Shown: positions 27,601 to 41,615, counted from the whole stretch's first letter. The stretch is 63,855 nucleotides of DNA, filler included, from Choristocarpus tenellus KU-1152 (GCA_964200185.2; 11 parts of 11 records of this genome joined end to end with filler, not necessarily neighbours in it), one strand, 5' to 3'. Numbers and translations are program-made. The notes: generated by a model from the sequence alone, not told the origin.

Positions 27601-30094
27601 ACCTTTTCATTCCCCTGCCTGGACCAAATCCAAAGGAAAATCACCCGCAAAACGGGCATCAAACTTTTTTTAAATGTTTTACAATGCCACATCCAGCTCC
27701 AAATGGGCAACCTTGGTGAACATTCCCCACCCTCCAGGATACTATGGATCTAAGCTACAAAATTCTGCTGTGTATATCAAGAATCTTTGAAGCCACAACG
27801 ACTGGAGCAGTATTCTATTTCTGACTACTTCCTTTGCTGAATTTTTTCCAATTCACCATTCTTCTCCGATGTAACTGCTGCTGGAACCTTGATCCATAGA
27901 TTCCTTGGAACTCCCCTGTATACATGCCTATTGCCGCGACAAGACAGGTGGCTGATGAGAAGCGTAAGTGGGCAGTGATGTTTGTAACCCCGTCAGGGAA
28001 ACCTGATAAGCTCAAGGCAAGGCGGCGGCGCTGCCCTTGGGAAGCATTTGCAGAGCCTACTGAGGCAGTGCTCAAAGAGGTATAGGGAGGAGTGACAGCT
28101 GTGCGAGGGCCATTATTCAGGGCCCTGGTTGTCATAGAGGAACCAAATACACTACCATATGTTGTAGAGAATATAGCACAAAAGAAAGTGCAGGGTTCAG
28201 GAGGAAAATCTTGAAGACAAGTGATGCAAAAGGATGATTTAGAAAAGAAACAAATGGAATTGGGTTGATGATACTCAGGGTGAGAGACACCCTCTAGTCA
28301 CTATTTAGGAAGTCTTTGGCTTGATGCTGGTAAGATCAGGATGTGCGAGCACAATCTCTGTTTCTTTCAAGAGGGAGATCTGAAGCTTGACTTGTCATTG
28401 ACAGACACAACATGCAAATACCTTTTGTCACTTCCACATCCCTACACCAGGTTTTCAGTGGAGGCAGTATTGACCTCTTTGCTACTGATCGGTCCCGTTC
28501 AGAAATAGAAGAGGGCGGACTGCGAGGTCAGACTAGTTCTCTCCACCAGACCATGGCTCGAATACAGCTGCAGAGTCACATCAATCAGGTAGTGTATCGA
28601 CTAAGCTGCTCAGAGTCAAGAGCATTTTGCTTGGAGTAGATTACTCAGGCAACAGGTCTAGCAGAGGGGGGATGGGAGAAGATCTTCTAGGTTGTATCTC
28701 CATGCTTGCTTTGTGGATCTTAGCTAGGTCCCGCCACAACAACTTGCCGACAATGATCAACCGCCTTACCTTGTCCCACTTGACCCATTGATGCCAGTGG
28801 CACTGCTCTCTCAACTGCTCTTGTCCTTGCTCTTCTGCTTTGTCAGATTTGTTGTGGAATGTTTTTATGTTGCTCTCTCTTCCACTTCTTTTGTCATCCC
28901 CTGGTGATACTGGTCTTACTACATGTTTTTTCAGGTTTCGCAGTTTGATCGTGTCATAGGCCCTGTGGAGGAAATTGTGAATCGAGCTGCTCTTCGCCCA
29001 CTTCTAAACAAGGTCGCACCATCATTTTTCATCCCAATGGTCTCTGATAAACCTTGCTCCACTGTAGTGACTGCTACAGCTAGTCAAGTTGAGCAGACTG
29101 GCGAATCGCCACTGCCATTGCCTGAACCACCGATGTTATCCCTCTCAACGCCATCCGGTGGGATGAGTAGTAGTTCCTGTGACTCAGAGAAAGCTACAAT
29201 AGACACAAGGGCAACCTGGGGAGGGAACCGCCACAGCTCAAACCGTACTTTCAATGCATTGGCTGGGTTTGTGGACAGGTGATAATACCCTCTAATGGTG
29301 GCCATCTTGGATACAAAGATATATATTTTGTACTCCCTCAACCTAGCATATCCTCATTCTGCATGTCTTAGATTCTAGAGCGCACCTATTGCAGTTTTGG
29401 GATTCTTTATTGCTAGGAGTGTCCAGGTACAGTATCATCACTTGACCTTGAGGTCATGACACCTGGCCCAGTCTTTCTGAACTTTGACCAAAGTGGCAAT
29501 GTTCAACATAGAGGTGATACTTCACTAATCAGCAGGACTGTGTTGAATTTTGAGACACCACTGTGAGTGAACAAGTATCTTAGAAGGTACGAGCGTTTTC
29601 CTGTTTGTCCATTTGGTGCTTGGCTTCCCATGGATTTTTTAATGACATTTTCCTACTCCAAAATGTTTCAGAGTAGGCGAAATGTATACTTTATGAAAAG
29701 GTGTGCCCAGAACAAGTATATTGACACTTCCTAACAAACACAATAGTCAAAATTACACCCAAATCAAAACGTTGGATTTTGGCTTCCAAGTGGACGTGGC
29801 CCTACCCTCAAAGATACTTTGGCTCCTGTACCACCAAGGCACTTCGCAAATGACCAGCTGGCTCAAGTGATAGGGTGATATTTCATTGACGACAAAATAT
29901 ATGGGGTAATAGCCAATGAGTTAAGTCAGATAGCAACCTAGCCTCTAATATTGTAATACATGAGATACCACCATACCACTGGGACAGATATTTGTGCAAA
30001 AAGCTTTCCTGGTGGAACTGTGGTATCTCAATAAATGGCAATAAATGACACAGGCAGGATTGAGTTTGAATCCTAATACACAAGCACACACACG

Positions 30095-30140
<46 letters not shown>

Positions 30141-30510
30141 CAGGTACATTTGAGAAGTAGCAGACTGGATATTGCCTCACTCTCTCCTCACCACACCCAT
30201 TTGTCCAAAAAGGTACGGGGCAGCAGCTTCTACACCTTCCGGTCCACCTCCATCTCTTGGTTGTGGAGGAAGCCCTGTCCCATTCGACTGGGACGAGAAA
30301 GAGCGGATCAGAGCACGAATTCGGCAACGGCGCCTCTATAACTTAGCACAGATTGGCGATCATTGCTATTATGACACCGATGGTAGTGAAACTGAGCAAG
30401 GGGGGGCAGGGAGAGGCCGTGCAACAGGGTCAAGAGGGCACAGCAAGTCACTTACCAATGTGCCTTGGCATCTGCTGGATGAGTTGGAGGCCGAAAAAAA
30501 CAAGAGGACG
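24682..30510 (+). CDS. IQ-motif (calmodulin-binding) coiled-coil protein; exons 24682-26256, 26443-26616, 26857-27000, 27948-28079, 28451-28588, 28935-29278, 30144-30510
   Basis: Several IQ motifs (IQQYYKR, LQALVRG, IQAIYRR, IQCLWRG, IQGLAR, IQRCFRG). The first six exons splice in frame; the last exon carries an in-frame TGA (see findings). Confidence 0.85.
27207..27445 (+). mobile_element. MITE family A, intronic
   Basis: gagtcaaagtatcttagagggta...taccctctaagatactttcactc. Confidence 0.92.
27472..27750 (+). mobile_element. MITE family D (related copy end at ~11300-11355, reverse)
   Basis: tagtatcct...aggatacta ends with subterminal gcccatttgggg / ccaaatgggc; its left ~45 bp recurs at 11300-11355. 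Confidence 0.65.
29565..29825 (-). mobile_element. MITE family A, intronic, TSD CTGT
   Basis: ctgt|gagtgaacaagtatct...gatactttggctc|ctgt. Confidence 0.93.
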
Positions 30511-32068
30511 GTATGTTTTACTATTTGTGTGGGATGTAGATGTCGGAAACAAGTTTGCATGTGGAAAATCAGACTTTGCAGTAGGATAGATGAGGATATG
30601 AATTTTGAAGGTAGCATTCAACATGTCGCTCTGAACATTTTGTACATATTTTTTCTCAAATCTGAAGTAATAGGTACTGCATTGCATCAGCAATAGTATC
30701 CCTTTCCTCTACATTGTACATGGGGGAGCTCTAGCAAGGCATTTCTTGACTGGTGGTATGCAATCATTGGCTTTGATATGAAGTACACATAGGCCATCAT
30801 TACTAACTATTCTGTGACACATTCCTTGTTGCAAATACGTGATGTAGGATTTCTCAGTGACTTCAGAGTAAACTTACGATAGATCCCACACCTGCCCATG
30901 CCTTTCTTTTGTGTGATCCTCAGCTCAATAAGGTTCTGAGTTGTATGTGACGGATCCCAGACAAAACTGCCTGCTGACGGGCACGGATGAGGAACATTTT
31001 ACTGGTGCTGTTGGACAGCCTTGTATAACTGATAGCAGGCTCAGCTTCTTTAACCCTTCATTAGGTTTTACATCAGTTTCAAAGTTAGTGCCAAGGACAT
31101 TGTCTTCGAAAATATATCCGCTACCATGCGGAATACATGGTTCAACCAACTGCATTAACGGAAGAAGTTCGGTGCTCCTCTGGAATCTGTTGCTATTGCA
31201 AAGCATTTTTTTCTTGGTAGTTCACATGCAGCTGATTTAGATCGGTTGCAGATGTGGTTGCCTCATAGCCATGTGGTTCTCTCTATCATGTTTCAAACTT
31301 TCATTATACCACCTGTGTGGCTGGTGGAAAGCACATGAAATATTAACACTCCTTGCTTGATGGAGTCAACAGGCAACAAGGGTTCCTGTGGTACTAGAGG
31401 AGGAAATATCAGATAGATGATCACTCTACTGTGGGAGGTAAAACTATACTATTTACAGCAGACCACCAGGTTCTCGGTCTGGATGCGTGTGTTATAGTTC
31501 AATTTTCACATGTGTAGGGAGGGAAGTATGGCAAATGTGGAAAACACTTTGGTCACTCTTGAGGTAGTGAGGTGCCCTTCCTCAGGTAAGGAGACTGGAT
31601 TTCACTTGTGGAGGTGAGGGTATGCATTCACCCAGCTCAGCTCAGCACTAATCGCTTGCATTTTTTGTGATGTTACTATAGTGAGCGATAGGTTGAAGTT
31701 AAATAATCAAATACATGTATCCAGTCAGTCCAATTATACTGTACGGTGCTGAAAACGTGCTTCCCCAAATATATTTTCCTAGAGTCTCTTGATCATACTG
31801 AACGACGCAGGCAAACAATTCGCTAGCTCTTGGAAGTCGTTACACACCATGAACCTATCCTGACATTAGTGTAATATTCAAAGTATATATTCTTAGCGCC
31901 TACCGAGTCAGCATTAACAAGAATCCATCAAGCACGTCGATTTACAGTGTTTTGCCTTCCAACACAGGCATGTGTGCGCAGTTGCGTACTTTCATGCTTG
32001 CCTTCTCTATGACTGGAGAATAACATGGCATTGCAACCTGCCCCCTCTACTTGAGGAAAAGTGTAACG

Positions 32069-32326
32069 GAGTGAAAGTATCTTAGAGGATACGAGCTTTT
32101 CCCTGTTTGTCCGTTTGGGGTTTGGCTTCCCACGGGTTATTTTATGACATTTTCCTACTCTGAAATATTTCGGAGTAGATAAAATGTGTATGTTATAAAA
32201 AATTGCCTCCAGAACAAGGATATGGACACTTCCTAACAAATACGATCGTCAAAATTACATCAAAATCGCAACATTGGATTTGGCCCCCAAACGGACACAG
32301 CTCTACCCTCTAATATACTTTGACTC
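32069..32326 (-). mobile_element. MITE family A, TSD AACG
   Basis: aacg|gagtgaaagtatct...tactttgactc|aacg. Confidence 0.93.
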
Positions 32327-32611
32327 AACGGCTATAGTGCAGTGCCTCTATAATTTAGAATTACAATGTGGTTGACTGCACTTGAGAGGGTACCCCCACA
32401 GCTTTCTAACACATACCTTGTCAGACAGTGAACTTGAACGATCCATAATCAAGTCTCAAATAACTCCCAATAATCTACAGTCCAACGTTTTTTGTAAATC
32501 GCATGGAGTGGTTACAGAGAGAGGGCAGACGAAGGTCAACTGCTCAGGTTCTGCACTTGGTACCTTTGCATTGTTTCGATAAACTTGATTTTTCCTCTGG
32601 AATGGAACAGA

Positions 32612-32647
<36 letters not shown>

Positions 32648-32854
32648 TGATATGCCACAAAATGTTAGAGAATCTTGCAACTTTGTTGTGCACGCTTAAC
32701 AACTTTTGGAACACTTATTATCATTGATATAATCAATATTTTTTTCCTTGTTGAACAAATTTAACTCTCAAACACCTTTTCTGGCAATGTGCAGTTTGTG
32801 TCAATGTGTTGATGCTCACTATCATCTCCAAACAGCAAACTACTAACACAAGCA

Positions 32855-33032
32855 GGCTCAAAGTATCTTGGAAGGGGTGGCGGCTGTCCATTTGGGAGCA
32901 ACTTTTTAATGTCGCGATTTTTGGGTGATTTGGTTGCATACGTCGGATGGATACTTTAAATACACTTTTCCTGATTTTGACCCAAATGGACACCCTGGTG
33001 TAGACCCCCCCCCCTCCTAGATACTTTGGGTC
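32855..33032 (-). mobile_element. MITE family B, TSD AGCA
   Basis: agca|ggctcaaagtatct...agatactttgggtc|agca. Confidence 0.9.
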
Positions 33033-35960
33033 AGCAACNNNNNNNNNNNNNNNNNNNNNNNNNNNNNNNNNNNNNNNNNNNNTTAATTAATTAANNNNNN
33101 NNNNNNNNNNNNNNNNNNNNNNNNNNNNNNNNNNNNNNTCGGGGGGTTTTAGCTAATTGTGTTTCCTCTCCCTCGTGCTGAGAAACCCGCCCCGCCACCC
33201 CCCCCCCCCCCCCCCAGATACTTTGACCCTACTCTTGTCCTCTAAATGCCACTACAACTGTGACCAAGTTGTTTCACGGTTGTGACTACGTCTCCTCCCA
33301 CTTGACCAAAGTTCACCGTCGTGCGCAATCACTTTGCCCCATCTCCTCATTTCCCAAAGTGTCATCCCCTCCCTACCGTGTTTACTGTTTCATCACGGGA
33401 TGCGGATGGCTCTACCACTGACGACGCGTGTCCATGTTTTTTTGTTTTTATTGTAACATAAAAAAAAAAATTGAAAACGAAACCGGCGGCATGTAGGGGT
33501 ACTTCACAGCAGCTCCATCACTTGCACCAGAAACACCTACAGGGCCATCCCGGTCAGGGAAACGTCGCCGAAGGAGCGAGGGTGATGAGCTAGGTTGGGA
33601 TGCTATTCAAGGGGGTGGGGAGGATGGAAAGAATGGGGGGGGGGAGGAAGAGGAGAGCGGAGCCATGCAGCGGCGGGTGAGTCTATTGGAGAGGGGGGAG
33701 GTGGGGACTTCTGTGTATTGACTTTGGTGTGTCTTGGAGGGCTTTTGCTGAGAGGGAACAGGGGAGATATTCTTGAAGCGATAGCAGAGGTTCTAATTTG
33801 GGTGCCATACTTGGCAGGGTGGGGCACAGCTTCTTTCTGGTGGGCATTTCCTCAATTCTTGATACAATTCTTGGGCAAGATTCCCATAACTGAGATGATA
33901 TTCCTTCAATAGTGGTGTGCCTATTTTTTGAATGGCCCTTTGTTATTTGTCTTTAAACAGACTTCCTATTGTAGGTAGGATTTTTCATTTTAACGAAAGC
34001 TTGGTGATCTTTTTATCATTTGACTTGTTCTTGCTTTTTTTTGTTGGTATTTCTTATCCTATGGGCTGAAAATTGCTACTACATGGAATTTTTTTTCGAG
34101 CCTATTCTTCTCACTAGTGAACAAAAGTTCTACTGACTGGGTGTTTTTATCCATTTTCAAGAAAGTGTATTAAGAGGACTTCATGCGTTTTGTTTTGAGC
34201 CGCATTGATGTTAGTGCAATGTCAGTCTTAGGTATTACAGCCGTATCTTTGAAGGGCTTGTATGTAACATGCAGTGGTTTTCAAAGAAGGAAAGAAAACA
34301 TTACTCCAGGATAACTTCTATGCAAGAACGAGGTAAAAAGATATTGCATCATATTGTGGTATTATCAGCACACCTTGCAACATGCCTTTTGGCATTTTCA
34401 TAATACTTGTCTTCCAAACCTTCCCTTGTTCATTTCATCCCATCCTTTTACCCCATCCTTCTACCCATCTACCCACCCTCATGATGGGACCAATATTTAC
34501 CCCTGCCTCACAATAGGTGAGGACCAGAAGAAGCGAGGAAAACAAAAATAGGAAGCTCGGGTACTCCACGCTCACCCCTTCCCCCCCTCGTGCAAGAGTC
34601 CAGCGCACTGGGCGGACTGCCTATACAGAGGCTAGGGGCAAGTCAGCGGATGCGTTTCTGGCAGAGGGAAGGGGGGGGGGGAAGGAATGGTCAAGCTCAT
34701 CATTTGAGGGCAGGGAGGGCAGCGGTGGAAGCGGCAAGGATAAGCAAGCAAGGTCTGCGCTGTTTATTGATGATCATGTTGGGCAGGAGGGGTCAGATTT
34801 TGTACACAGCGACAGGCGCAGCTTTTGAAGGGGAAAGAGATGAGGGGAGGTGGGTTGTAAAGGTGTAGATCGGGTGACTGCATGCTTTGGGTTTTGATGG
34901 GCTTGTCACTTTTTTTGGTGTGGGCCACCGTCTAATCCTGGAAATTCCTGGTTTCTGCTGACAAAATTGGAAGTTGTTGGAGTTTGTTGGAGGAGTATGA
35001 CGTTTGTATGGTGTGATATTTACCACTAGTGGTGTAACTAATTTGACATCTACACCGACAGTTTCTTGTGTAGTCATACCATGCTGACTACACCACTATA
35101 ATACCTTCCCTTTTTTGCTAGTTGTGATACCTGTGTGTGTGTGTGTGTGTGTGTTATGCTTGGGATGTGTTGTTTGTATTAGGAGGAAAGATTTGAGGCA
35201 AGGGTTTGGCAAGTTTAATGATTGCTTGGACTTTGCCACTTTGGATGGGCTCAAAGTCTTAAGGCTAAGCCGAATTTTCAACTCTCATTAGATCCTCCTT
35301 TAGTTATATACCCTCACAGGATCACTATGCTGTACAACTGGCCAATTTGGAGCTCTGTTGTAGCCCTGGCTAAAGTTGTATCTGTCAGTCCCAACAATAC
35401 CCAAACCCCTCGACCAGAATGGTGCATTGTACTGTGTTGGCCACAGATCTACTCAGGATTTGAGTGATGGTGGTGGTGGAAATATGTTGATATTGGATCC
35501 AGCCAGCAGTGGGAGGTTGATGTTAAATTTAGTGGTGGTTGTAGTCTTAGTCCCCCACTATGGTGTTGAGGGTTGGAACTTGTTTTCAATGAGAGTTGAC
35601 CGTGGATGATAGCTCTTTGGATGAATGCTGAGTTTTTTTTCTGTGTGATGTGGTGACTGTTAAGTGTTAGATTCGTTGGTACATGGTGCACTACTCTAGG
35701 CTATTTTCGTTTTGTGGTCAAGTCAGTTGGTATGAAGATTATTTATAGTTGGATAGGTATCAATCACATCAATGTCTCTCACAATTATGGCAGTAAGAGT
35801 TCTTGGCAGTTGTGTAATGCAGACCTCCTTAAACCCACAAGGCTTTATGTTTTGGTGTTACTATCATGCCTATGGCAGAAAGGGTAGGTGCAAGAAGTTC
35901 AATGTGTACATACTCTCAAGAAGCAATGCAATGTGTTCCTTAATGTCTCGGATTGTATAT

Positions 35961-36172
35961 GAGTTTTGCCCTGTCTGTCCATTTGGGGCTGGGCTTCCAC
36001 GGGCTTTAAGGACTTTCTATCTACTCCAAAATGTTTTGGAGTAGATAAAATGTATCCGGAACAAGGATACTGACACTTCCAAACAAACACGAAGGCCAAG
36101 ATTACATCAAAATTGCAACATTGGATTTTGACCCCCAAATGGACGCGGCTCTACCCTTTAAGATACTTTATT
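35961..36172 (-). mobile_element. MITE family A, degenerate
   Basis: Body matches family A; one terminus is eroded. Confidence 0.85.
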
Positions 36173-36549
36173 CGCGCGCGCGTGCACACACACACCAAAC
36201 ACATATATCCTTCCTTTACATGTTGTCGCCAACTGACCAAGCTTGAATGGTCTCCAGCGTATTATGTTTCTTTCAATAAAGAATCAGTAGCAAGAATGTT
36301 TTCTGGGTAGATTCCGTTTTGTCGTAGAATGAAGACTGCTGACAACGACCGATGATTGATTGTGTGCATCCTTCGTCAGGATCTTATTGGTATTACTAAT
36401 TGCTATCATATTAACCTGCAAAAACCAACTTTCATGTTATATCTTCTGCATGACCACGTTTCGGGGTGGGGGGGCGCAGAAGTGTATCCACAGCACGCTC
36501 ATCTTTAAAAGTAACCACCACTCGTCCATACAGTCACACCACACATCAA

Positions 36550-38030
36550 GAAAACAACCAACAATGATGTTACATGGATGGAGAACAAAAAACAGTGCAA
36601 CGCAAAGAAACATGATATTAACAAGGCACCACGTATTCTATGCACCACTCCACCATTGCTACAGTATCACTCACTGTATGTATGTGTTCAACAAGCAATA
36701 TAAGCGACAATTCATGACTGTGTTTGTGGCCCCAAAATCTTCCAGTGACAAAACACCCTTCAACAAATATACTTTTTTTCTCCCAACAAACTCTTAGACA
36801 ACAACCAGACAAACACACCAAAAATTTCAACAATGAACGAAGATCATGCTTCAACAACAAAAAGCTACCTATCTCTAGTGAGTGCGTGCAGGCACACCAT
36901 CCTCCATCGTTGACCATGAACAAGAGGCTATTGATTGACCTGTCCAAATTGCGTGAGATTCCCACTCCTCGACTGTGTGCACCAAATTTGACCAGATGTC
37001 AATACAGTGCGTGCCCTATCTGGCTGTTACATCCCTTCTCCCCAAATGGACCTCACTCACAAAAACAGAGACAAACAACTAACTCTGCCCTGCCCCTGCT
37101 GTTACATCAGAAAAAAACACAAAAGACTAGCACAACAAAATAATCGCTCCTCACTTGTGTGGTCACGATACGGAGATCGCTACCAGGTTACAAAAAACTC
37201 TAGGTCCACCTAGTTTTTTAAGAGAGAGTGGTGTTCAAAGGACAACTGCGTGCATGCATGCCCATAGATGGCACCAGCCAGTGGCAATCAAGAGTTGTCA
37301 CTTCATACAATACGGGCTGCAGTAGCAGCGGGCACCAAAAACACAAGACATTTTTCAATAGTAAAAAAAAAAAATCAGAAAAACATTGAGCAAAGCAAAC
37401 ACAGACAAATGTTTCTAGCAGTTAATCTCCACGCAGGAACTAAAGCCACCCTCTCCAACTAGAAAAACATCAACCATCAAATCAATTTAAACAGTCAAGA
37501 CAAAACAAAAACCTCCGGGCTCATATACAGTATACGACAAGATCCAGGTACTTCCCACTGACAATAGTAGTGGTGTTTTTTCCCCACCTGCCCCCCTCCC
37601 CCATATCCCTGCAATGTTTTCTCAGAGCCCAACTCTACCGGACACGTAAGGGCATTCATTGGGAGGACCAAGTCAAACAGCCAAGGGGTCAACATACCAT
37701 TTTTTTTCCTCCTCCTTCCTAGAGACAAGAAACAAACACCAAGTCGCTGGATCCTACAGCATTTCCTCTATCCTATCCTGTCCCATACTTCACTAAGAGA
37801 ATATCAAATACAATGACTACAACTTGTTGCACAACAAACTGAAGCAAACAATAACCACCCTCTAACATCCCACAACTACTCGACCTCAGCCTCAACACCA
37901 CCTCATGACAATCAACTATCCTTACCCATGACTAATCAAAACGCCATACAACTTGATATCAAAAACAGAAGGTTAGTAGAAGCCTCGAGTGAGAACCGGA
38001 TTTAGGAGAAAGGGGCCCAGGAAGTGAGAA
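36550..38030 (+). mobile_element. Possible heavily decayed non-LTR retrotransposon 3' region
   Basis: A/C-skewed strand with broken ORFs containing LPCPCC and HTIRAAVAAG; no clear RT motif. Confidence 0.25.
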
Positions 38031-38676
38031 GCCACATAGAATGTTAAGGGAAAGGAGAGCTGCTGGTCATTCCAGTCTGCGCCAGTATATACCATTGAAG
38101 CACAAAATGTCCCTGGGGGAAATCATGGTTATAGAGATAGGTTGCACAAACAGAGAGGTCAGGTAGAAGGAAATAAATGTGAGCAAGAGAGTCAGGGTAG
38201 GAGAAGTGGGAGTGGGAGGGGTGGGTGGGTAGGGGGGGTGTACAGGAAAACCGCTGCAGCAACAGTAGTAGTATATGNNNNNNNNNNNNNNNNNNNNNNN
38301 NNNNNNNNNNNNNNNNNNNNNTTAATTAATTAANNNNNNNNNNNNNNNNNNNNNNNNNNNNNNNNNNNNNNNNNNNNCTAAGGTATGGTGTAGTGGGATG
38401 TCTTATTTTTGGGGTGTGCATCACCTTGTACTCTAATCCTGTAAAAAATCAGTGTCTTCTGGGTGGCAAAGGTTTTGCGATTATTAGCCGATGGTTAATC
38501 TTCTCACTACGAATGCTAGGTTGAAATTTGCACGAGGTCACTTAAAATTATTTTGTAGAAGTATGTTGGGTACTTGCAACTTTCCTAAGTACCAGCCTTT
38601 CTAGGTTCGGTTGATATCAGCAATTGACATTCCTTCAACACCATGTCTTGAATAATTTACAATTTTTCTCACCCAG

Positions 38677-39057
38677 GTGACAGCTGTCATTGTTGCGGCG
38701 GCTTGCAAGACTGTTGGTGGGGTAGAGATACCTGTGAGTGATTTAGTTAACAAGTTTAAGGAGGAACTTGCTGTGGAGATCACGGATAGGGTAGTGACTG
38801 ATGAAGTTCTTCAAGGAATGATGGGCGGTGATGGGGACCTGGAAGCTGGGGTTAAAGTTTGTATTGGGAAATCATATGAGGATCTAAGGAAGTTCATGAC
38901 AGAGCAGGAGGACAAACTGGAGAAGAGACGTCGGGAAGGAAAGGCAGATGTTGACTTCAAGGATGTGATGACGCTGGTGGATGATGGTGCGGGAGGGATG
39001 GTGTGGGTGGGGAATGGTAACAAAGACAAGTGGAACGCACAGCTTTATTCGGGATAA
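38677..39057 (+). CDS. Terminal exon of a brown-algal-type ROCO LRR-GTPase
   Basis: cccag acceptor; ...SYEDLRKFMTEQE...VDFKDVMTLVDDGAGGMVWVGNGNKDKW* resembles Ectocarpus ROCO C-termini (by recall). Confidence 0.7.
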   Translation: MTAVIVAAACKTVGGVEIPVSDLVNKFKEELAVEITDRVVTDEVLQGMMGGDGDLEAGVKVCIGKSYEDLRKFMTEQEDKLEKRRREGKADVDFKDVMTLVDDGAGGMVWVGNGNKDKWNAQLYSG

Positions 39058-40949
39058 TAGGAGGGTTAGAGCTAGGTTAGTGCCATTCTAGTACGGTACT
39101 CTCAATAGATTGGGTTTGATTTAGGAGGTTCTGTAGATTATTCACGTGCATCTTTGATGTGTTGATTTCATTCATGTTGCAGACTTTTCTTATTACTGTA
39201 TGACTTGTGTAGTATATGCTCTACTTTTCCCTGTGTGTTATTTCTGACGGTGATACAGAGAAAATCGAGTTTCTATGATCTTATTAATATGTGTTGGTAC
39301 CTGGTCGCAGTAATTTCAGAGTCTCTGGCTGATGAGGAAATGTTTTACTAAGCCAATTTTATCTCGATTGGCTTTAAATGTTTGTTTTGTGGTTTAGAGG
39401 ACACAGCTGTCGATTGTTGAGTTGTGTGTCGCACTTGTATGTTGGCATTGGTGCCTTGCCTTGCCCATCTCATGCAACACTGGAACTCAAGTCCTAACAC
39501 GAACCCTAAGTAATAGTATTGCATCCTTTGTGCATATGGGTGAACACTGTTAGGAATTAATCATTCTATCCGTAGTCCTTCTTGATATTTCCAGTTGGCG
39601 GCGAGACAATGATGAGACCAAGGGTGAGATGCTTGCAAACGCTCTTGACAATATTGGTATTAATATTGGTTGGACCAGCACCGTTAGATATATTCCACAC
39701 TGTTAGAAGCGAGGTTGGTTCCTAAGATTTGTAGTCCTGGTCTGTGCGATTGTCTTGTAGCTGAAAGGAAAAAGAGGAAAAGGCGGGGAAATTGTGTCTT
39801 TTTATAGAGTAGATTTCCTACATTTCCATATCTTAGCATATTTTTGTTTCTTGTTGTTTTGGTACACCATTTATTATTATTATTACTTGGGAAGGTACAG
39901 ATTGAGGAAGCTGCTTTGTTCATCCCAGAAGTCCAGTACATGAAATTGGAGTATGTATTCCGTACTCTGTGGTAGAGAATACAATTTGCAGTTAGTGAGA
40001 CCAAATATTGTTTCATGACTTCTTTTTTACTCTTTCTTATACTCTTCACCCTAACCCTAACACAGTATAGGGTAAGAGAGTTGTGGTCTCTATGGCTTGC
40101 TAGCCCTTGTCATACCCTTGATATTTCCAACCGCCTTCCATGATCTCCAAACCAGAAGTTTTCATCTCATGACGTATGTGTATGAATGTGTGTGTGCAAA
40201 CATATGTTTGTATGTATGTATATACCCTTCAGACCTCCTATGCCATTTAAAACATGAACAAACCCTTGTTTACTTTCAAATACTCTCACTAGCAAAAGGG
40301 AGGCATTCCATTACCTCATTTTTATGTAGTCTCACTTTTTGACAAGAGATGCTTCCAAGTAGAAGACCATTTATTTCATCTTATATTGGACCAAGACAGA
40401 GGACGTTTTTGTTCTATCCAATAGGTGTGTTTTCAGGTACCAATCCTAACCCTAACCCTGATTCTCCGTCTCCTGTGACTCGTGGAAAACTAACACTCAA
40501 TCATGCATCACCTTGGAAGTCTCCTATACATGATCAAAACTGAAATTGTGCAATGGAATTGTTTGAATGAATGTTTGAATACATCTTTGAATAGAGGAAC
40601 CGAAATGCAGCAGGCTTTTGGAGATGAATATTTCGTGCCGGGCACCCCCCTGCAACATCCCGTACAATTTCAAGTACGGGGAAGGAAGTGCCCCCAGTTC
40701 TTGGATCGGATGTACCGCTCACTGAATTGGAGGTGGTGAGTGGGGCGTATCCATATCCCGTGTACTCCGGGGCAGAATGCATCCCTAACCCTAGTAGTTG
40801 TTACTGTCTTTTGTGTGTTGTACTACTATAGACCGTGTGCAATATAGAAAAGATTAGGGACCTCCTCGCTTATGGATAGAACTCACTCTTCACTGTGACT
40901 TAATCAAGCATATTCTACATCATCATCTTCTTGTGGTAAAGCAGTACAC

Positions 40950-41284
40950 TCTTTGGTAGTGTGCGAAGACCCAGCGTTCCAGTAAATACCACCCCAAGGG
41001 CACCAAGGTGCTTGTGCCAGCCATGGTAGACGGATAGAGTTACGTAAAGCTCATGATCAGGGATGTCATCCCAGCAATTAAGGTTCACATGCCTAGGCCG
41101 GAAGGTCACACCATCTTTGTGCAACAGGACGGGGCAAGGCCAAACACCAAGGGAGGGACCATTGAGGCTATCGAGGAGATCTCGGGGGATGGCATTTTTC
41201 ATGGCGACCCATCCAGCCAACTCACCTGACCTCAATGTCAACAACCTGGATTTATTTCATTCCATCCTGCAACTGGAAGAGGTG
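40950..41284 (+). mobile_element. Second mariner-type transposase fragment
   Basis: DVIPAIKVHMP..TIFVQQDGARP and HPANSPDLNVNNLDLFHSI; followed directly by a MITE A. Confidence 0.85.
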
Positions 41285-41380
41285 GAGTGAAAGCATCTTA
41301 GAGGGTACGAGCTTTGCCCTGTTTGTCTGTTTGGGGCTTGGCTTCCCACGGGTTCTTCATGACATTTTAGCTACTCCAAA
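41285..41380 (-). mobile_element. MITE family A, truncated by the gap
   Basis: gagtgaaagcatcttagagggtacgag... Confidence 0.88.
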
Positions 41381-41480
41381 NNNNNNNNNNNNNNNNNNNN
41401 NNNNNNNNNNNNNNNNNNNNNNNNTTAATTAATTAANNNNNNNNNNNNNNNNNNNNNNNNNNNNNNNNNNNNNNNNNNNN

Positions 41481-41518
<38 letters not shown>

Positions 41519-41615
41519 TTTTGAAATGTCACTGCAGCAGCGGTTCTCATTCAATTTAGCTCTCATCTTGTGAAAATTTCAAAAGCCTTTCTGTTGACTG
41601 GATTCAATCCTCGCA

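Noticed and set aside
30085-30136. (CA)n/(TA)n, (GA)n at 32615, (TA)n at 41483 and poly-G/C tracts
   Set aside because: Ordinary microsatellites; most poly-G/C runs belong to MITE B/C ends or contig edges.
33450-35100. Minus-strand LINE-like relic (also 16560-17150)
   Set aside because: Only compositional resemblance; no diagnostic motif could be read, so it is not listed as a feature.
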